From the NCBI GenBank assembly GCA_000092065.1, contig CP000587.1: a stretch of DNA of 64,000 bases; one strand, written 5' to 3'. A program made the position numbers and the translations under genes. The notes beneath the pieces are model-generated. The model ran no database searches, was not told the origin of the DNA, and saw only the letters and a program-made list of their open reading frames with translations. The DNA comes from Ostreococcus lucimarinus (lineage: Eukaryota). Below are positions 28,787 to 37,998 of the stretch, one piece after another. Positions within the stretch are counted from its first letter, which is position 1. Every line of letters starts with the position of its first letter.

Positions 28787-29414
28787 CTCGCGTCGTCCTC
28801 AAAAACTCGTTCGCTCGGAACGTCAAGAAATTCGGCGGCGCGATGCGATCGCGTCCCGGGGCGCGTCTCGAGGCGCGCGTTCGCTGTGTTCGGCGACCGT
28901 CGAGCGCGTCGACGTGCGCGAGCGCGTGATGTGCGAAAACGACGTGCGTCCGTCGGCGTCGCGTGAACCGTCGTTCGCGAGCGCGCGCGCGACGTGGAGT
29001 GTCGCGCGCGCGCGCGCACGATGCGCGATGCCGCGACGTCCCGGCGGCGCCGACGCGACGTGCCGTTTAGGGCTTGCGCGCGTCCGCGCGTCCGATCGTT
29101 CGCACATCGAGGTTTTTCGCACAGTGTACGCGATTCGAGTCGACCACGCGCGCGACGCGCGCGATCGCGATATCCGATGCGATCCGCGGACGGCGCGCGA
29201 CGACCGCGAAAAACCCGCGTGGGTCGAGCGACGGGTCGCGACTCGAGCGTTCGGCGCGCGTGTGCGACCATCGAAACGCGCCGTGTGATATCGGCGCCGC
29301 GCGCGGTGTGATTTCGGACGTCCGACGACGCGCGTCGACGCGACGCGCGACCGCGTCGCGCGCGAGTGCGCGACGCGGCGGCGGCGCGACGACGACGCGG
29401 AGTGGTCGGGCGCG

Positions 29415-30803
29415 ATGACGCCGACGACGGCGCGCGCGAGCGCGCGCGCGCGAGCGACGAGGGCGCGTCGCGACGAGGAGGCGGTTTCGGAATCGTCCTC
29501 GGCGATGGACGCGGGCGCGCGCGCGGACGCGGGCGCGCGGACGCGGGCGCGTGGGGGGGGGAGGGGCGCGCGAGAGGAGGTTTTGGAGGAGGAGGAGTAC
29601 GCGGCGCGGTTGGAGGCGATCATCGAGAGGGATTATTTTCCGGATTTGCGAACGAATCGGTTGAAGGCGGCGCTGCTGGAGGCGACGAGACGGGGAGACG
29701 CGCGGGCGATCGCGGCGGTGCATCGAGAGATGAACGTGGAGAGGATGCGAAGAGTTGGTTCTCGGGGTGGGGTGGTGGGGACGCCGAGCATCGGGGGATC
29801 GGGGACGACGGCGCGCGACGCGGAGGCGAGCTGGGAGACGGAGACGCCGCAGAGGGCGAACGATTTTGAAGACGACGACGAAGAGGAGGAATTCGTAGAC
29901 TACGAAGACTACGAAGGACGCGGGATCGAGGGCATGCGTGGGAGATCTACGGCGTACGAGGAGGACCGTCACTTGAGCGTGAATGGGTTTTTGGCCAAGT
30001 ACACGTCGGAGGACAACGCTTCGTTTACCGAAATTGTCAAACAAAGCGAGGCGAAGCGGGCGTTAAAGAAGCGGCATTTGGAAGCCGTCACGGCGCCACC
30101 GTCGCGTCGAGCGGCTTTAATCGCCGCCCTGGCGTCTCATCCCCAGCCGTCATCCGCGTTGGCGCTTGTCGAAGGCGCAGAGGTTGCCGAAAGTGATCCA
30201 TCCGCAGCAAAGGTGGTCGCCGTCGTCGGTCACGATAGCCTGTACACCGCCCCAAATGGTGTGGCTTTGTCGTTAAAAGAGCGCCAACGCATCGTGGCGA
30301 GCGAACCTAAGGTCACGATTGCGGCGAACACGCGATTTGTGGCGCCAAAGCCACGCACAGACGGAAGCGAAGGTAAGCGCGCGGCGCTGAAGCGCTACGA
30401 GCGCGTGCACACACCGAGCATGACTCCGGGCGTCGAAGGGAGCCCAATTATGACGTGGGGTCAAATCATATCGACACCATTACGCTTGGAAGATACGGAA
30501 GAAGAACTAGCGGGCGCGGGGAAGTTTTCGATGAAAGGTTCGAGCGCGAGAGAGCGAAAATTGCGCGAACTCACCGCGCGAAACGCGAGCGGTTCCGCAA
30601 CGCCGACGCCTCGGACGCGACGCGGCGCACCTACGCCGAATGGACTGTCGAAAGCGGGGAAGAGTTTACTCCGACGCGTCACGACACCCGCTCGACGCGC
30701 AGCGACGACGCCGAGAGATAGCGATTTGCGAAAATCATATAGCGGAAGGACGCCGCGAACGACGCCGGCGAGCCATGGCGGGTTACTTAGATTAGACGAT
30801 TAG
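29415..30803 (+). CDS. ESS2: Splicing factor ESS-2/DGCR14 (ES2) homologue
   Basis: LEEEEYAARLEAIIERDYFPDL, FLAKYTSEDNASFTEIV, NTRFV and SPIMTWGQIISTPLRLE each align with conserved blocks of human ESS2/DGCR14. A later ATG lies at 29505. Confidence 0.8.
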   Translation: MTPTTARASARARATRARRDEEAVSESSSAMDAGARADAGARTRARGGGRGAREEVLEEEEYAARLEAIIERDYFPDLRTNRLKAALLEATRRGDARAIAAVHREMNVERMRRVGSRGGVVGTPSIGGSGTTARDAEASWETETPQRANDFEDDDEEEEFVDYEDYEGRGIEGMRGRSTAYEEDRHLSVNGFLAKYTSEDNASFTEIVKQSEAKRALKKRHLEAVTAPPSRRAALIAALASHPQPSSALALVEGAEVAESDPSAAKVVAVVGHDSLYTAPNGVALSLKERQRIVASEPKVTIAANTRFVAPKPRTDGSEGKRAALKRYERVHTPSMTPGVEGSPIMTWGQIISTPLRLEDTEEELAGAGKFSMKGSSARERKLRELTARNASGSATPTPRTRRGAPTPNGLSKAGKSLLRRVTTPARRAATTPRDSDLRKSYSGRTPRTTPASHGGLLRLDD

Positions 30804-30874
30804 GTAGTTGCAATGTACTAGTTACATCGAATGCGTTAAGTTATTCTATAGTGTGGAGTCAATCGTGTCACTCC

Positions 30875-33100
30875 CTATACGAGCTCATCGAGCGGGAACG
30901 CTTGCGTGAGCAGTTCTGGAATCGCCTCTGGGTTGTCGAAACGCTGGCGCAGCTCCGTCTCTTGCGTGGGCACTAAGTGCACCGAGTTGCGCAAGTACGT
31001 CGGGTTAACGTCGATGTCCCAGCCGTATGCTTCTTTGATTCTCTTCAACGTTTGTACTTGGCGAGCCGCGGTTGCCAAATGCTCTTCGTACACCAAGTGC
31101 ACGTATTGCCGCTTGCGCGCTCGCATTTCATTCATGAAGAACTCAATCCAGTCGTGTCTTTCTTGGAAAGTTTGCTTGAACTTTTCAAAGTCAAACACAA
31201 CTTGTGTCGGTATGGTTTCGTCCTTCGATTCCGGTTTCAACGGATCCGAGAACTTCATCCAAACACCCGTCTCCTCAGCCGCCGCCAACGAAGCGTATTG
31301 GGCGAGAATGTTCGCGCGCTCAAGGAAGAAGACGTTCGCCTTGGGGAATTCATCCAAGATCGTACGTGCGATGCGTCTGGTCGCTCGAGCACCACCCAAG
31401 GCGTTGTTCCAACCAATTCTCGTCATCACGTACCGATAACCGTGTCTCGCCGCGCCCAACAAAAGCTGATCGAGGAACGTACGCGGGTGGTTCACCAAGT
31501 TGTTGAAGACGTCCTCGTCGACGCCGAGCTGCAAAATCTTCGGCTTCATGTCCCGCGTCACCCAGTCCATCTCTAACGCACGTTCTGACCACAAATCTCC
31601 AATGTCCAAGAATCTGTTGTACAAAGGAATATCAGAGTGGAAACCGGTGTCATCTTCCCAAACCACCGTGTCTTCGTCGGCGTTGAATGCTTGTCGCAAG
31701 AGTTCAGACATCAGCTGTGCGCCGGAACGCGCTGTGTTCGCTAACACCACGAGCTGCGCCGAGACGTCGGCCGTACCGAGCAAGCCCATGCGGCGATTCA
31801 CGAGCTTTTCAGTCATGACATCTACGTTATCAGCCTCGGACCAACGAACTTGATCGAGAATGAAATCGAAAATGAAAGACGAAGGATCGTGCACGTAGTT
31901 GAGCGTCCAGTCTACTAAACGCTGCGTTTTCACCTCGGGATCGCATCCCGTCCACGACTTGCCGAGACTGAAATGATCCAGCGCAGTCGCATCGGGGTAG
32001 AGCTTACGAATCTCCTTGCAAGGAACTTTGATGCGCCAAATCTTCTCCGGGTCGTTTTTATCTACGACGAGCTTGGAGCCCTTCTTTGACACGCGTTCGC
32101 CCACTAAAGCTTCGTGATCAACCTGCTCTAAGCACATGTCTCGCCCATCTTGGCCGCACAGCAATGGATACGCAGTATCGCGATCTAAAATGACAGCGTT
32201 ATCGAAATGTAACACCTTGAGCGTCAAGTACATCGGCCCCGTCCAGGCGTTCGCGATGCAGTGCTCGTCGAACGGAATGGCGTCGAGATATTCCTTATTG
32301 GTGATCAGCGACGCAAACAGTGCGGAATGCTTCTCCAGCGCCCCCATGAAACCAGCTGATGCGAATCGTTTGTCTCCCCCGGGATCCGCCACTAAGAAAA
32401 CCTCCTTACCGAGCGTCGCCGTGACGGAGAACAAATCCGTCGGGTCTCTCAAGAGCTCGATGTTTGTATCCATGTACAGCCCACCGTGGTGATACATGAT
32501 CTCAAACTTCATCAAATCCCCAATCATCGAAAACACGTTTTCATGATGCTTTAAGTTGTACTTTAACGCACGCTTGATGGTGTGATAGGTGTACGGAAAG
32601 TTTTCAGGCGTAATGTCCGCGCTCCGCCAAAGCTTGATCTTCCATCCCACCTTGTGAAGAATCTTCTTGTTCTGGTTCAAGAACGCGCGCTTCACGTTCG
32701 GCAGCTCTGAGCCGAGCCAAATCGCGTGCCCCACGGGTTTCACCTTCAAGTGATGCACCTTGCCATCCGTCGGGTACTCATTCGTGGGATACCCATCGCC
32801 GGGATACCCGTCGCCGGGATACCCGGTCGCCCCGAGCGAGGCGAATCGCCTCGCACGCGCGTGTCTCTCACCCTCTCGCACGTACCCAAACGCCACCGCT
32901 ACGACAACAGCGACGAATGAAACTAAACTCACGATCCCACGCACGCTCACCAACCCATCTCTCCGCGTTCGACGCCCCGGACTCGTCGTCGGCTCGTCCT
33001 CGAGCGCGCGATCCTCGCTCGCCGCCGCGCTCGTCGACGTCCCCAGCAACGCCACGCGCTCCGTCGCGCTCGCTCGCGCGCTCGGTATCATCCCGAGCAT
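30875..33100 (-). CDS. Type-II membrane fusion protein: GT32-like (Gly_transf_sug, DXD) glycosyltransferase domain plus Stf0/NodH-family sulfotransferase domain
   Basis: ATG at 33100-33098. N-terminal TM segment GIVSLVSFVAVVVAVAFGYV. GT32 block HAIWLGSELP...WKIKLW...SMIGDLMKFEIMYHHGGLYMDTNIELLRDP (SDxxR..l.YGGxYxDtD pattern). C-terminal block FFLERANILAQYASLAAAEETGVWMKF matches the Stf0/NodH lxRxdxxxQAxSxxxAxxTGxW motif. A short GYPGDGYPGDGYP peptide repeat precedes the catalytic part. Confidence 0.7.
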   Translation of the reverse strand: MLGMIPSARASATERVALLGTSTSAAASEDRALEDEPTTSPGRRTRRDGLVSVRGIVSLVSFVAVVVAVAFGYVREGERHARARRFASLGATGYPGDGYPGDGYPTNEYPTDGKVHHLKVKPVGHAIWLGSELPNVKRAFLNQNKKILHKVGWKIKLWRSADITPENFPYTYHTIKRALKYNLKHHENVFSMIGDLMKFEIMYHHGGLYMDTNIELLRDPTDLFSVTATLGKEVFLVADPGGDKRFASAGFMGALEKHSALFASLITNKEYLDAIPFDEHCIANAWTGPMYLTLKVLHFDNAVILDRDTAYPLLCGQDGRDMCLEQVDHEALVGERVSKKGSKLVVDKNDPEKIWRIKVPCKEIRKLYPDATALDHFSLGKSWTGCDPEVKTQRLVDWTLNYVHDPSSFIFDFILDQVRWSEADNVDVMTEKLVNRRMGLLGTADVSAQLVVLANTARSGAQLMSELLRQAFNADEDTVVWEDDTGFHSDIPLYNRFLDIGDLWSERALEMDWVTRDMKPKILQLGVDEDVFNNLVNHPRTFLDQLLLGAARHGYRYVMTRIGWNNALGGARATRRIARTILDEFPKANVFFLERANILAQYASLAAAEETGVWMKFSDPLKPESKDETIPTQVVFDFEKFKQTFQERHDWIEFFMNEMRARKRQYVHLVYEEHLATAARQVQTLKRIKEAYGWDIDVNPTYLRNSVHLVPTQETELRQRFDNPEAIPELLTQAFPLDELV

Positions 33101-33502
33101 CCTTTCCCGCGCCTATCCTCGCGCCGCGCGCCCTATCCTTCGCGCACCCTCCGTCGCCACGCGCGATCGACGCCGCGCTCGCCGAAGGGTGTTGAGTCCT
33201 CGATTCGAACGCCTCGCGCGAGTTCGCGCGTTTCCCGTCCCCGCGCGTCGCGCTCGCGTCTCGCGCGACGTCGGGTCACGCGCGTTCGCGCTCTTCTCGA
33301 CGCCTCCCGTCGCTCGCCGCGGTCGTGCGCGCGGTCGCCGCGACCGCGGGGTGTGACGCCGTCGCGCGCCGCGGATTTGGCGCGTCGCGCGAGTCTCACT
33401 CTTTTACACACGGATCTTTCTGAACATCCGGCACTCCCGGGTGTTTTCGAACGACGCCGTTGACGCGACGCGACGCGCGCGCGGTCCGCGCACCGCCGCG
33501 AC

Positions 33503-34757
33503 GATGTCGGCGTGCCTGGGGGCGTGCTGCGGGGCGTGCGCCGCGAGCGCGTGCCGCGGGTGCTTCGCGCGGGGACGGACGCGCGAGAGGCGCGACGGTG
33601 CGAAGGACGGCGACGTCGAACGCGGGGACGATGATTCGGGCGCGCCGCGCGACGTCGGGGTCGCGTCGTGGCGGCGGAAGTACGCGGGCGCGTTCGTGGC
33701 GTTGGCGTTCGCGACGTGGGCGCTGAGAGATGGGAGAGGGGCGTCGTCGCGGCTCGGGAAGGCGTTCGGGTGGGCGTGTCGAGACGCGCTCGCGGCGAGG
33801 AGCTGCGCGCACGAGACGGCGGTGCGCGTCGGACTGGGAAACTCGTTGTTTTTCGCGTTCATGCTCGTGGTGACGTTCATGGTGAAGGAAAGCGATCGGA
33901 CGAGCGCGCGCGTGAGGTTTAACGAAGGTTTTTGGTTGGTGAAAGGGGTCATTTGGCTCGGGTTGCTCGTCGCCGCGTTCGCGGTGACGTTGAACGACTA
34001 CTCTGGGCTGGTGAACGTCGATCGGTTCTTCGCGGCGGTGTTCCTGCTGATCCAACTCATCGTTTTGCTCGGTTGGGTGTACGATTTGAACGATAAGCTC
34101 ATGTCAGGCATGGATGAAGGGGGAAATCGGAGTTTCGCGCTCTTGCTGACTTCGTCCGCGGCGACGTACGCGTTCGCGTTCACCCTGGTCGGCTTTCTCT
34201 ACAAGCTCTGGGCGCCGTCGAGCGAATGTCATCGAAACATCGCGCTTATCACGTGCATGTTGATCGTGTGCGTGATATTTTCGGTGATTTCTCTGCACGC
34301 CCGCGTCAACGGAGGCTTGTTCACGTCGGGCGCGATGACGTTTTATTGCATGTACGTGCTCGCCTCGGCGTTGGCGTCCGAACCGAACAATTACGCGTGC
34401 ACGCCCGCATCAAAAGATGGTGATTTGAGCTCAATACTCTCGGTCATCGGATTCGTCTTTGCCCTGTTCGCGCTCGGCGTCACCGCGCACAGCGCCTCGT
34501 CCAAGAGCGCGTTCGCCGGCGAAGGCGCCGAGGGAAGCGAAGATCCCACGTCGACGTTCAACGTCACCTTCTTCCATTTCGTCTTCTTCACCGCGAGTTC
34601 TTACTGCGCCATGACTTTCACGGAGTGGACGAACGGGCGGAGCGCCGCCGGTTGGGAGAGCGCTTGGGCCAAGGTCGCGGCGGCGTACGCGAGCGCCGCG
34701 CTCTACACGTGGGCCTTGCTCGCCCCCTTCGTCTTGCGCAACCGCGAATTCCGCTAG
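33503..34757 (+). CDS. Serinc/TMS1 (serine incorporator) family membrane protein
   Basis: ATG at 33503. Cys-rich N-terminus MSACLGACCGACAASACRGCF, about 10 TM helices, and C-terminal ...YTWALLAPFVLRNREFR parallel Serinc ...VWTLVAPLVLTSRDFS. Confidence 0.8.
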
Positions 34758-35207
34758 CGTCGATCGTCGCGAAATCGTCTTAGACACTAGTACACTAGTC
34801 ACATCATTACAAAAAATCGCCCAGTCGCTCGCTCACTTCCTTCGCGTCGTCCTCGACGTCTTCGTCTTCGCCGACGACTCCCTCGCCGCCTTCTCGTTCC
34901 CGAGCTTCGCCAGGTACGCCAGCACCGCCAGCGCCGCGACGTCCACCGCGCCCGCGAACGGCGAGATCTCCTGTCCGCTTCCCTCCATCGCCATCGCCAT
35001 CGTCGGCGTCGCCGTCGCCGTCGCCGTCGCCATCGCCACCGCCGTCGCGACGCGTCCCACCGTCGTCGTCGTCTCGTCCCGTCGCGCGTCGCGCGCGCGC
35101 GTCGCCGCCCGCGTCGTTCGCGCGCGCGTTCGCGTCGTCGGACGCGTCGTCGTCGCCGTCGTCGTCGTCGTCGTCGCGATCATCGTCGTCGTCGTCGCGA
35201 TGTGCGT

Positions 35208-35231
35208 CGTCGGTCGGTCGGTCGGTCGGTC
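35208..35231. repeat. (GTCG/GGTC)6 tetranucleotide repeat, adjacent to GTC and GCCGTC hexamer runs
   Basis: gtcggtcggtcggtcggtcggtc, preceded by (gtc)n at 35160-35200 and gccgtcgccgtcgcc runs at 34990-35050, upstream of FabI. Confidence 0.8.
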
Positions 35232-35441
35232 TCACGACGAAAGCTAAAAACACGGACCTCCACCGCGGACTAACCTGACCCGGAACGGATAAAGCGACCG
35301 CGCGACGACGGCGACGGCGACGACGACTCGACGCGCGCGCGGGCGACACTGCGCGACGCACCGACGCGCGACCGCGAGCGACGCGAACGAGCGCGCCGGA
35401 CCGCGGACGACGGACGGAGAACGACACCGCGAAGAGGAAAG

Positions 35442-36452
35442 ATGCGCGCGACGACGATGCGACAATCGAGCGCGGTGACGGGGACGCGCGCGCGAACGAC
35501 GCGCGGGGCGCGCGCGGCGCGACCGCGAGCGACGACGACGACGCGGGCGGGATTGAACGTCGATCTGCGAGGGAAGAAGGCGTTCGTCGCGGGCGTGGCG
35601 GACGATAACGGGTTCGGGTGGGCCATCTCGAAGGCGCTGAGCGAAGCCGGCGCGGAGGTGATCCTCGGGACTTGGGTTCCGGCGCTGAACATCTTCGAGA
35701 CGTCGTACCGACGGGGGAAGTTTGACGAATCGCGTAAATTGAGCGATGGATCGATGATGACGTTCTCGAAGATTTACCCGATGGACGCCGTGTTCGACGC
35801 GATGGACGACGTTCCGGAGGACATCGCGACGAACAAGCGCTACGCGGGTAACGAAAAGTGGACCGTGAGCGAAGTCGCGAAGTGCGTCGAGGAAGATTTC
35901 GGTAAGATTGATGTTCTCGTGCACTCCTTGGCCAACGGCCCGGAAGTCGCCAAGCCTTTGCTCGAAACGAGCCGTAAGGGTTACTTGGCCGCCATCTCGG
36001 CGTCTTCTTACTCCAACGTGTCCATGATCCAACACTTCGGACCGTTGATGAACAAGGGTGGTGCCGCCATCTCTTTGACCTACCTCGCCTCCGAACAAAT
36101 CATTCCGGGCTACGGTGGTGGTATGTCCTCCGCGAAGGCGGCGCTCGAGTCCGACACCCGCGTCCTCGCGTACGAAGCCGGTCGCAAGTGGGGCATCCGC
36201 GTCAACACCATCTCCGCCGGTCCTCTCGGTTCTCGCGCGGCCAAGGCGATTGGGTTCATCGACAAGATGATCAACTACTCTCTCTCCAACGCGCCGCTCA
36301 AGGAGAAGCCGCTCGAAGCCATCGAAATCGGTAACACCGCCGCCTTCTTGTGCTCTCCGCTCGCCTCCGGCATCACCGGTGCGACCATCTACGTCGACAA
36401 CGGCCTCAACGCCATGGGTCTCGCCGAGACCGCTCCGGAGATTTCCGGTTAA
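35442..36452 (+). CDS. fabI: Enoyl-[acyl-carrier-protein] reductase (NADH), FabI/MOD1 type, with plastid transit peptide
   Basis: ATG at 35442. [48 protein letters not shown] is near-identical to plant ENR. SDR fold with catalytic Tyr/Lys region. Confidence 0.9.
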   Translation: MRATTMRQSSAVTGTRARTTRGARAARPRATTTTRAGLNVDLRGKKAFVAGVADDNGFGWAISKALSEAGAEVILGTWVPALNIFETSYRRGKFDESRKLSDGSMMTFSKIYPMDAVFDAMDDVPEDIATNKRYAGNEKWTVSEVAKCVEEDFGKIDVLVHSLANGPEVAKPLLETSRKGYLAAISASSYSNVSMIQHFGPLMNKGGAAISLTYLASEQIIPGYGGGMSSAKAALESDTRVLAYEAGRKWGIRVNTISAGPLGSRAAKAIGFIDKMINYSLSNAPLKEKPLEAIEIGNTAAFLCSPLASGITGATIYVDNGLNAMGLAETAPEISG

Positions 36453-36719
36453 GCGCGCGTCCAGAACGTTTTGTTGAGGATGGCGAACACGGTCGGCAGT
36501 CGCGGACTCTGCGTTTCGAACGCACCGCGGCGACGACGCCTTCGTCTTCGCTCTCCTTTAGATGACGCAATTCAATATTTTAATTAGAGTCTCAGTGCTG
36601 ACGCCGAGGATCCTTCATCGTCACAATCGTCGTCCCGCGTCTTCACGGCGCGGACACCTCTTCGAACTCGAGGGTTTTCCGGGTGTTTTCAGGCCGTGGC
36701 TCACTTCGCGACGCGACGC

Positions 36720-36971
36720 ATGTCCCACCTCCTCGTCACCTTACGTCGAGGTACCGCGGGCAAACCGAAGACTATCCTCCAGACCTTGTCCGCGCTCGGT
36801 CTGCGCAAGACTCGAGACGCGCGCATCGTGCCGAACGACGCCGGCGCGCGAGGAAAGTTGAATCAAGTCAAGCACTTGGTCTCCGTGGAAACGCTGGAAG
36901 ACGCCGAACGACGCGTCGAAGCGCTGGCGAAGAAGCGCGCGCTGCGAACGCCGATCGTGAGCGAGCACTGA
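36720..36971 (+). CDS. Bacterial-type (organellar) ribosomal protein L30
   Basis: LLVTLRRGTAGKPKTILQTLSALGLRKTRDARIVPNDAGARGKLNQVKHLVSVE follows the uL30 pattern (..v.l.rS.ig....k.tl.aLGLrk....v..d.pa.rGm...v.hlV.ve). The track start at 36696 is GTG; the first ATG is at 36720. No obvious presequence. Confidence 0.6.
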   Translation: MSHLLVTLRRGTAGKPKTILQTLSALGLRKTRDARIVPNDAGARGKLNQVKHLVSVETLEDAERRVEALAKKRALRTPIVSEH

Positions 36972-36975
36972 GGCG

Positions 36976-37785
36976 ATGCTGCTGCGCACGGCGAGCTGCG
37001 AGTCGCTGAGCGGGGGACGAGGGATGGCGAAACGCTCGGGACGAGGTCGAGGGACGGGGACGACGACGACGCGAGCGGTGTCGTCGTCGAGCGCGCCGCG
37101 AGCGCCGCACGTTTCGGTGTTGGATATGTGGCGCACGTGTGATGCGGTGGCGTTCGATGTGGATAGCACGGTGTGCGAAGATGAGGGCATCGACGAGCTC
37201 GGGGCGTACGTCGGTGCGGGCGAACGCGTAGAGGCCATCACAAAAAAGGCGATGGAGGGAGGGATGCCTTTCGGTGAGGCTTTACAAGCGAGATTAGAGG
37301 CCATGGCGATCACTCGGGAGCAGTTGGAGACGTACGTGGCGAAAAACCCGCCGAAATATTCACCGGGGATCAAAGAACTCACTGCCGCGTTGCGCGCGAG
37401 CGGTAAAGAAGTATACCTCGTCTCCGGTGGGTTCAGACAGATGATCGCTCCCGTGGCGAAAGGTTTGGGTATTCCAGTCGAAAATATCTACGCCAATACG
37501 ATAACGTTCAACGAGGACGGCTCGCTGAAAGGTTACGACGCCGGCGAGTTCACCTCGCGTTCGGGTGGCAAAGCCGAGGCGGTCAAGCACATCAAATCGA
37601 GTCGAGGGTACAACACGATGGTCATGGTCGGCGACGGCGCCACCGATCTTGAAGCGAAGATCCCCGGCGGTGCCGACATCGTTGTCGGCTACGGCGGCGC
37701 CCAGCGTCGCGCCAAAGTTGAAGCCGAAGCCGACTGGTTCGTGCTCGATTTATTCGTCCTCGCGGAAGCTCTCAAAGGTGCGTGA
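36976..37785 (+). CDS. serB: Phosphoserine phosphatase (HAD family, SerB/PSP), probable plastid presequence
   Basis: DAVAFDVDSTVCEDEGIDEL (DxDST motif I), MAIT...LSGGF, and GDGATDLEA (motif IV) align along the length with human PSPH. ATG at 36976, only 4 nt after the L30 stop. An alternative ATG lies at 37024. Confidence 0.85.
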   Translation: MLLRTASCESLSGGRGMAKRSGRGRGTGTTTTRAVSSSSAPRAPHVSVLDMWRTCDAVAFDVDSTVCEDEGIDELGAYVGAGERVEAITKKAMEGGMPFGEALQARLEAMAITREQLETYVAKNPPKYSPGIKELTAALRASGKEVYLVSGGFRQMIAPVAKGLGIPVENIYANTITFNEDGSLKGYDAGEFTSRSGGKAEAVKHIKSSRGYNTMVMVGDGATDLEAKIPGGADIVVGYGGAQRRAKVEAEADWFVLDLFVLAEALKGA

Positions 37786-37998
37786 TTCGCACGCAAGTAT
37801 GTTTAGATGCGTTTTAAAGATAAAGTCATCGCATTGTGTATCACCGACTCCACACCAACCCTCGATGCGCCGCGATGACTTCGCGAGCTCGCGTTCGCGC
37901 GCGCCGCCAAAACCTGCGGCGCCTCGCTCGCGTGCCTCACTCACGCGCGCACGACGTCGACGGACGACGCGTCCGTCGAACGCGCGTGCGTCGCCGTC

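Noticed and set aside
28500-30044. Stack of overlapping 100-325-aa ORFs in all frames in the PABP/ESS2 divergent promoter
   Set aside because: All are Arg/Ala-rich with no motifs. This is the expected frame noise of about 70% GC intergenic DNA.
34807-35427. 206-aa Asp/Arg-rich minus ORF upstream of FabI
   Set aside because: Encoded entirely by GTC/GCCGTC/GGTC simple-sequence repeats. Treated as microsatellite DNA, not a gene.
35244-36098. 284-aa minus-strand ORF overlapping FabI
   Set aside because: Antisense artefact of the GC-rich FabI coding region. FabI has near-identity to plant ENR.
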